Assembly: GCA_964543385.1 (NCBI GenBank)
Contig: CAZIYE010000001.1
Coordinates: forward strand, 570,001-602,000
DNA: 32,000 nucleotides
Origin: an uncultured Candidatus Saccharibacteria bacterium
GTDB taxonomy: Bacteria; Patescibacteriota; UBA1384; XYA2-FULL-43-10; 1-14-0-10-43-13
Reading direction: 5' to 3'
The translations under genes were made by a program, and so were the position numbers. Positions 30,301 through 32,000 of the stretch are shown here, one piece after another. The notes beneath the pieces were generated by a model. The model searched no databases. It was not told where the DNA came from and saw only the letters and a program-made list of their open reading frames with translations. Within the stretch, counting starts at the first letter, position 1. The number at the start of each line of letters is the position of its first letter.

Positions 30301-32000
30301 ATGCAAAATGAAATTAAGACCACTGCTAGTGGTGAAAAGAAACAAATTGTACCAGAGAGAAATAATGTTCTCGATAAAGTACTAAAGGATGACGGGGTTA
30401 GCTCCCGCTATCAAAATAATAATAATGGTCAGAAAAGACCGGCTAATGCTAATAGAAATATGGAACCTCGCTATACAGCGCAGGTTGCCCCTAACTCGGC
30501 ACAGAAGAAAAGTGAAGAGCCACGTTTTACTGCTCAACAAGTTGATCCAAATGCTTACAAGTCAAAGTTTTTTTACGAACCAAAACTAAAAATTATTCCA
30601 CTTGGTGGCGTAGAGGAAACGGGTGGCAAGAACTGTACTGTTATTGAATATAAAGATGATATTCTAGTTATAGATATGGGCTTTATGTTCCCAGACGAGA
30701 GTATGCCAGGTGTTGATTATGTAATCCCTGATGTTACTTATTTGGAACAAAATAAGAAAAAAATCAGAGGTTTGATCATAACTCATGGTCATTTGGATCA
30801 TATTGGCGCTATCCCTTATGTCTATGAGAAAATAGGCTCCCCAACTATCTATTCAGCACCATTAACGCTAGGTTTGATTAAAAGCAAGCTCGAAGAGTTT
30901 GGTCTTGATAAAGTAGTCAAAGTTGCTTCAATTAACTGTGGAGTCGATATTCTTCAGCTTGGTTGTTTCAAAGTTGAGAGTTTTAAGGTAAATCATAGTA
31001 TCCCTCAAGCAATGGGTTTCGCTATCACGACCCCAGAGGGCGTTATCGTTAACACTGGCGACTTCAAATTTGATCATACCCCTGCTGATGGTAAATCTGT
31101 TGATTTTTCTGCCATCGCTAAAATTGGCGACAAAAAGCCGATCCTTTTGATGTCGGATTCGACAAACATAGAAAAACCAGGAGTATCTATATCTGAAAAA
31201 GTTTTGGAAGATTCCTTGATGTCTGTCATGGAAAATGCACAAAACAGACTCATTGTCTCCACATTCTCGACCCTTATTGGTCGTATTCAACAAATTCTAA
31301 ATGTGTCCAAGAAGATTGATAGAAAAGTATGTTTTGTTGGTAGAAGTATGGCTACAACTGTGGAGATTGCAATATCTCTGGAAGCCCTTATAATTCCCAA
31401 GGACACTATCATCGATGTTAAGGATTTGAATAAGTATCCTGATAACAGAGTTGTTATCGTCTGTACCGGCTCTCAGGGTGAGGATAATGCTGCTCTGACT
31501 CGTATTGCAACTGGCGAGCATCGTCAAGTAAAGATGAAAAAAGGTGATCTTGTGATCCTTTCATCATCTCCAATTCCAGGTAACGAGCGTGCAGTTTCCG
31601 GTCTTATGGACAATCTTTTCCGTGCTGGTGCGCAGGTTGTCTACCAAAAATTAATGGATGTTCATACCTCTGGTCATGCAAATCAGGAGGACTTGAAGTT
31701 AATGCTTGCCTTAATCAAGCCTAAATATTTTATGCCTGTTCACGGTGAACGTTTCAGGCTTATGTTGCATAGTCAGATTGCTCAAAGCATGGGCGTAGTA
31801 GACGAAGAGCATTGTCTTGTCGCTGATGACGGCCAAACTATTGAATTCAGTAAAGGTAAGGGAGAAGTTACTAATAAACGTGTTCCAGCCTCATATGTCA
31901 TGGTTGACGGTTTGGGTGTTGGTGATGTCGGTAATATAGTACTTCGTGATCGTAAGGCAATGGCCCAAGATGGTATCTTTGTGGTTATTGTTACCGTTGA
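30301..32000 (+). CDS. rnj: Ribonuclease J (metallo-beta-lactamase / beta-CASP), 3' end cut by window edge
   Basis: Not in the supplied track because the frame-1 ORF runs off the window. ATG 30301 follows AAGGA (30291-30295). After a ~95-aa low-complexity N-terminal extension come KIIPLGGVEETGGKNCTVIEY, ITHGHLDHIGAIP, DFKFDHTP, MSDSTN and DVHTSGHANQEDL. Confidence 0.9.
   Translation, partial: MQNEIKTTASGEKKQIVPERNNVLDKVLKDDGVSSRYQNNNNGQKRPANANRNMEPRYTAQVAPNSAQKKSEEPRFTAQQVDPNAYKSKFFYEPKLKIIPLGGVEETGGKNCTVIEYKDDILVIDMGFMFPDESMPGVDYVIPDVTYLEQNKKKIRGLIITHGHLDHIGAIPYVYEKIGSPTIYSAPLTLGLIKSKLEEFGLDKVVKVASINCGVDILQLGCFKVESFKVNHSIPQAMGFAITTPEGVIVNTGDFKFDHTPADGKSVDFSAIAKIGDKKPILLMSDSTNIEKPGVSISEKVLEDSLMSVMENAQNRLIVSTFSTLIGRIQQILNVSKKIDRKVCFVGRSMATTVEIAISLEALIIPKDTIIDVKDLNKYPDNRVVIVCTGSQGEDNAALTRIATGEHRQVKMKKGDLVILSSSPIPGNERAVSGLMDNLFRAGAQVVYQKLMDVHTSGHANQEDLKLMLALIKPKYFMPVHGERFRLMLHSQIAQSMGVVDEEHCLVADDGQTIEFSKGKGEVTNKRVPASYVMVDGLGVGDVGNIVLRDRKAMAQDGIFVVIVTV

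Noticed and set aside
1-32000. CRISPR arrays, transposases, integrases, prophage genes, toxin-antitoxin or recognisable defence-system genes
   Set aside because: I found no spaced direct-repeat array, and no ORF with recombinase, transposase, nuclease-helicase or defence hallmarks. The only repeats are the short intragenic and leader repeats listed above.

Overview
AT-rich, gene-dense bacterial chromosomal segment with 27 protein-coding genes. I saw no rRNA, tRNA, CRISPR array, transposase or integrase by eye. Most of the content is core housekeeping:
- groEL (5'-truncated by the window), a PRC-barrel protein, efp, the rpsF-ssb-rpsR operon and ychF
- a CDF metal transporter, a split and minimal DNA polymerase I (separate 5'-nuclease ORF and polymerase-only ORF) and holA
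- a DUF2207-like membrane protein, lepB and rpsT
- a nucleotide-sugar operon (manC, an oversized phosphohexomutase, an SDR epimerase)
- a PspC plus LiaF/toastrack-like envelope-stress pair, nrnA, rpsO-pnp, a family-4 uracil-DNA glycosylase and rnj (3'-truncated)

The reduced domain architectures and compact layout are reminiscent of small-genome lineages such as Patescibacteria/CPR, but that is inference only.

The parts that do not look ordinary are:
1. A 1875-aa cytoplasmic giant protein (5781-11408). Its only recognisable part is a C-terminal GlnD/GlnE/DUF294-type nucleotidyltransferase.
2. Directly upstream of it, a compositionally aberrant unit (about 58% GC by hand count). It has a near-consensus promoter, AGGAGG, a 54-aa Arg-rich ORF that is missing from the supplied ORF track, and a terminator. 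It could alternatively be a structured RNA.
3. Pol I lacking any 3'-5' exonuclease or vestigial domain and split from its 5'-nuclease.
4. A CDF transporter with three tandem cytoplasmic domains.
5. An 852-aa phosphohexomutase.
6. Several structured or repeat-bearing leaders around ribosomal-protein genes.

All promoter calls are motif matches in AT-rich DNA and are low-confidence by nature.
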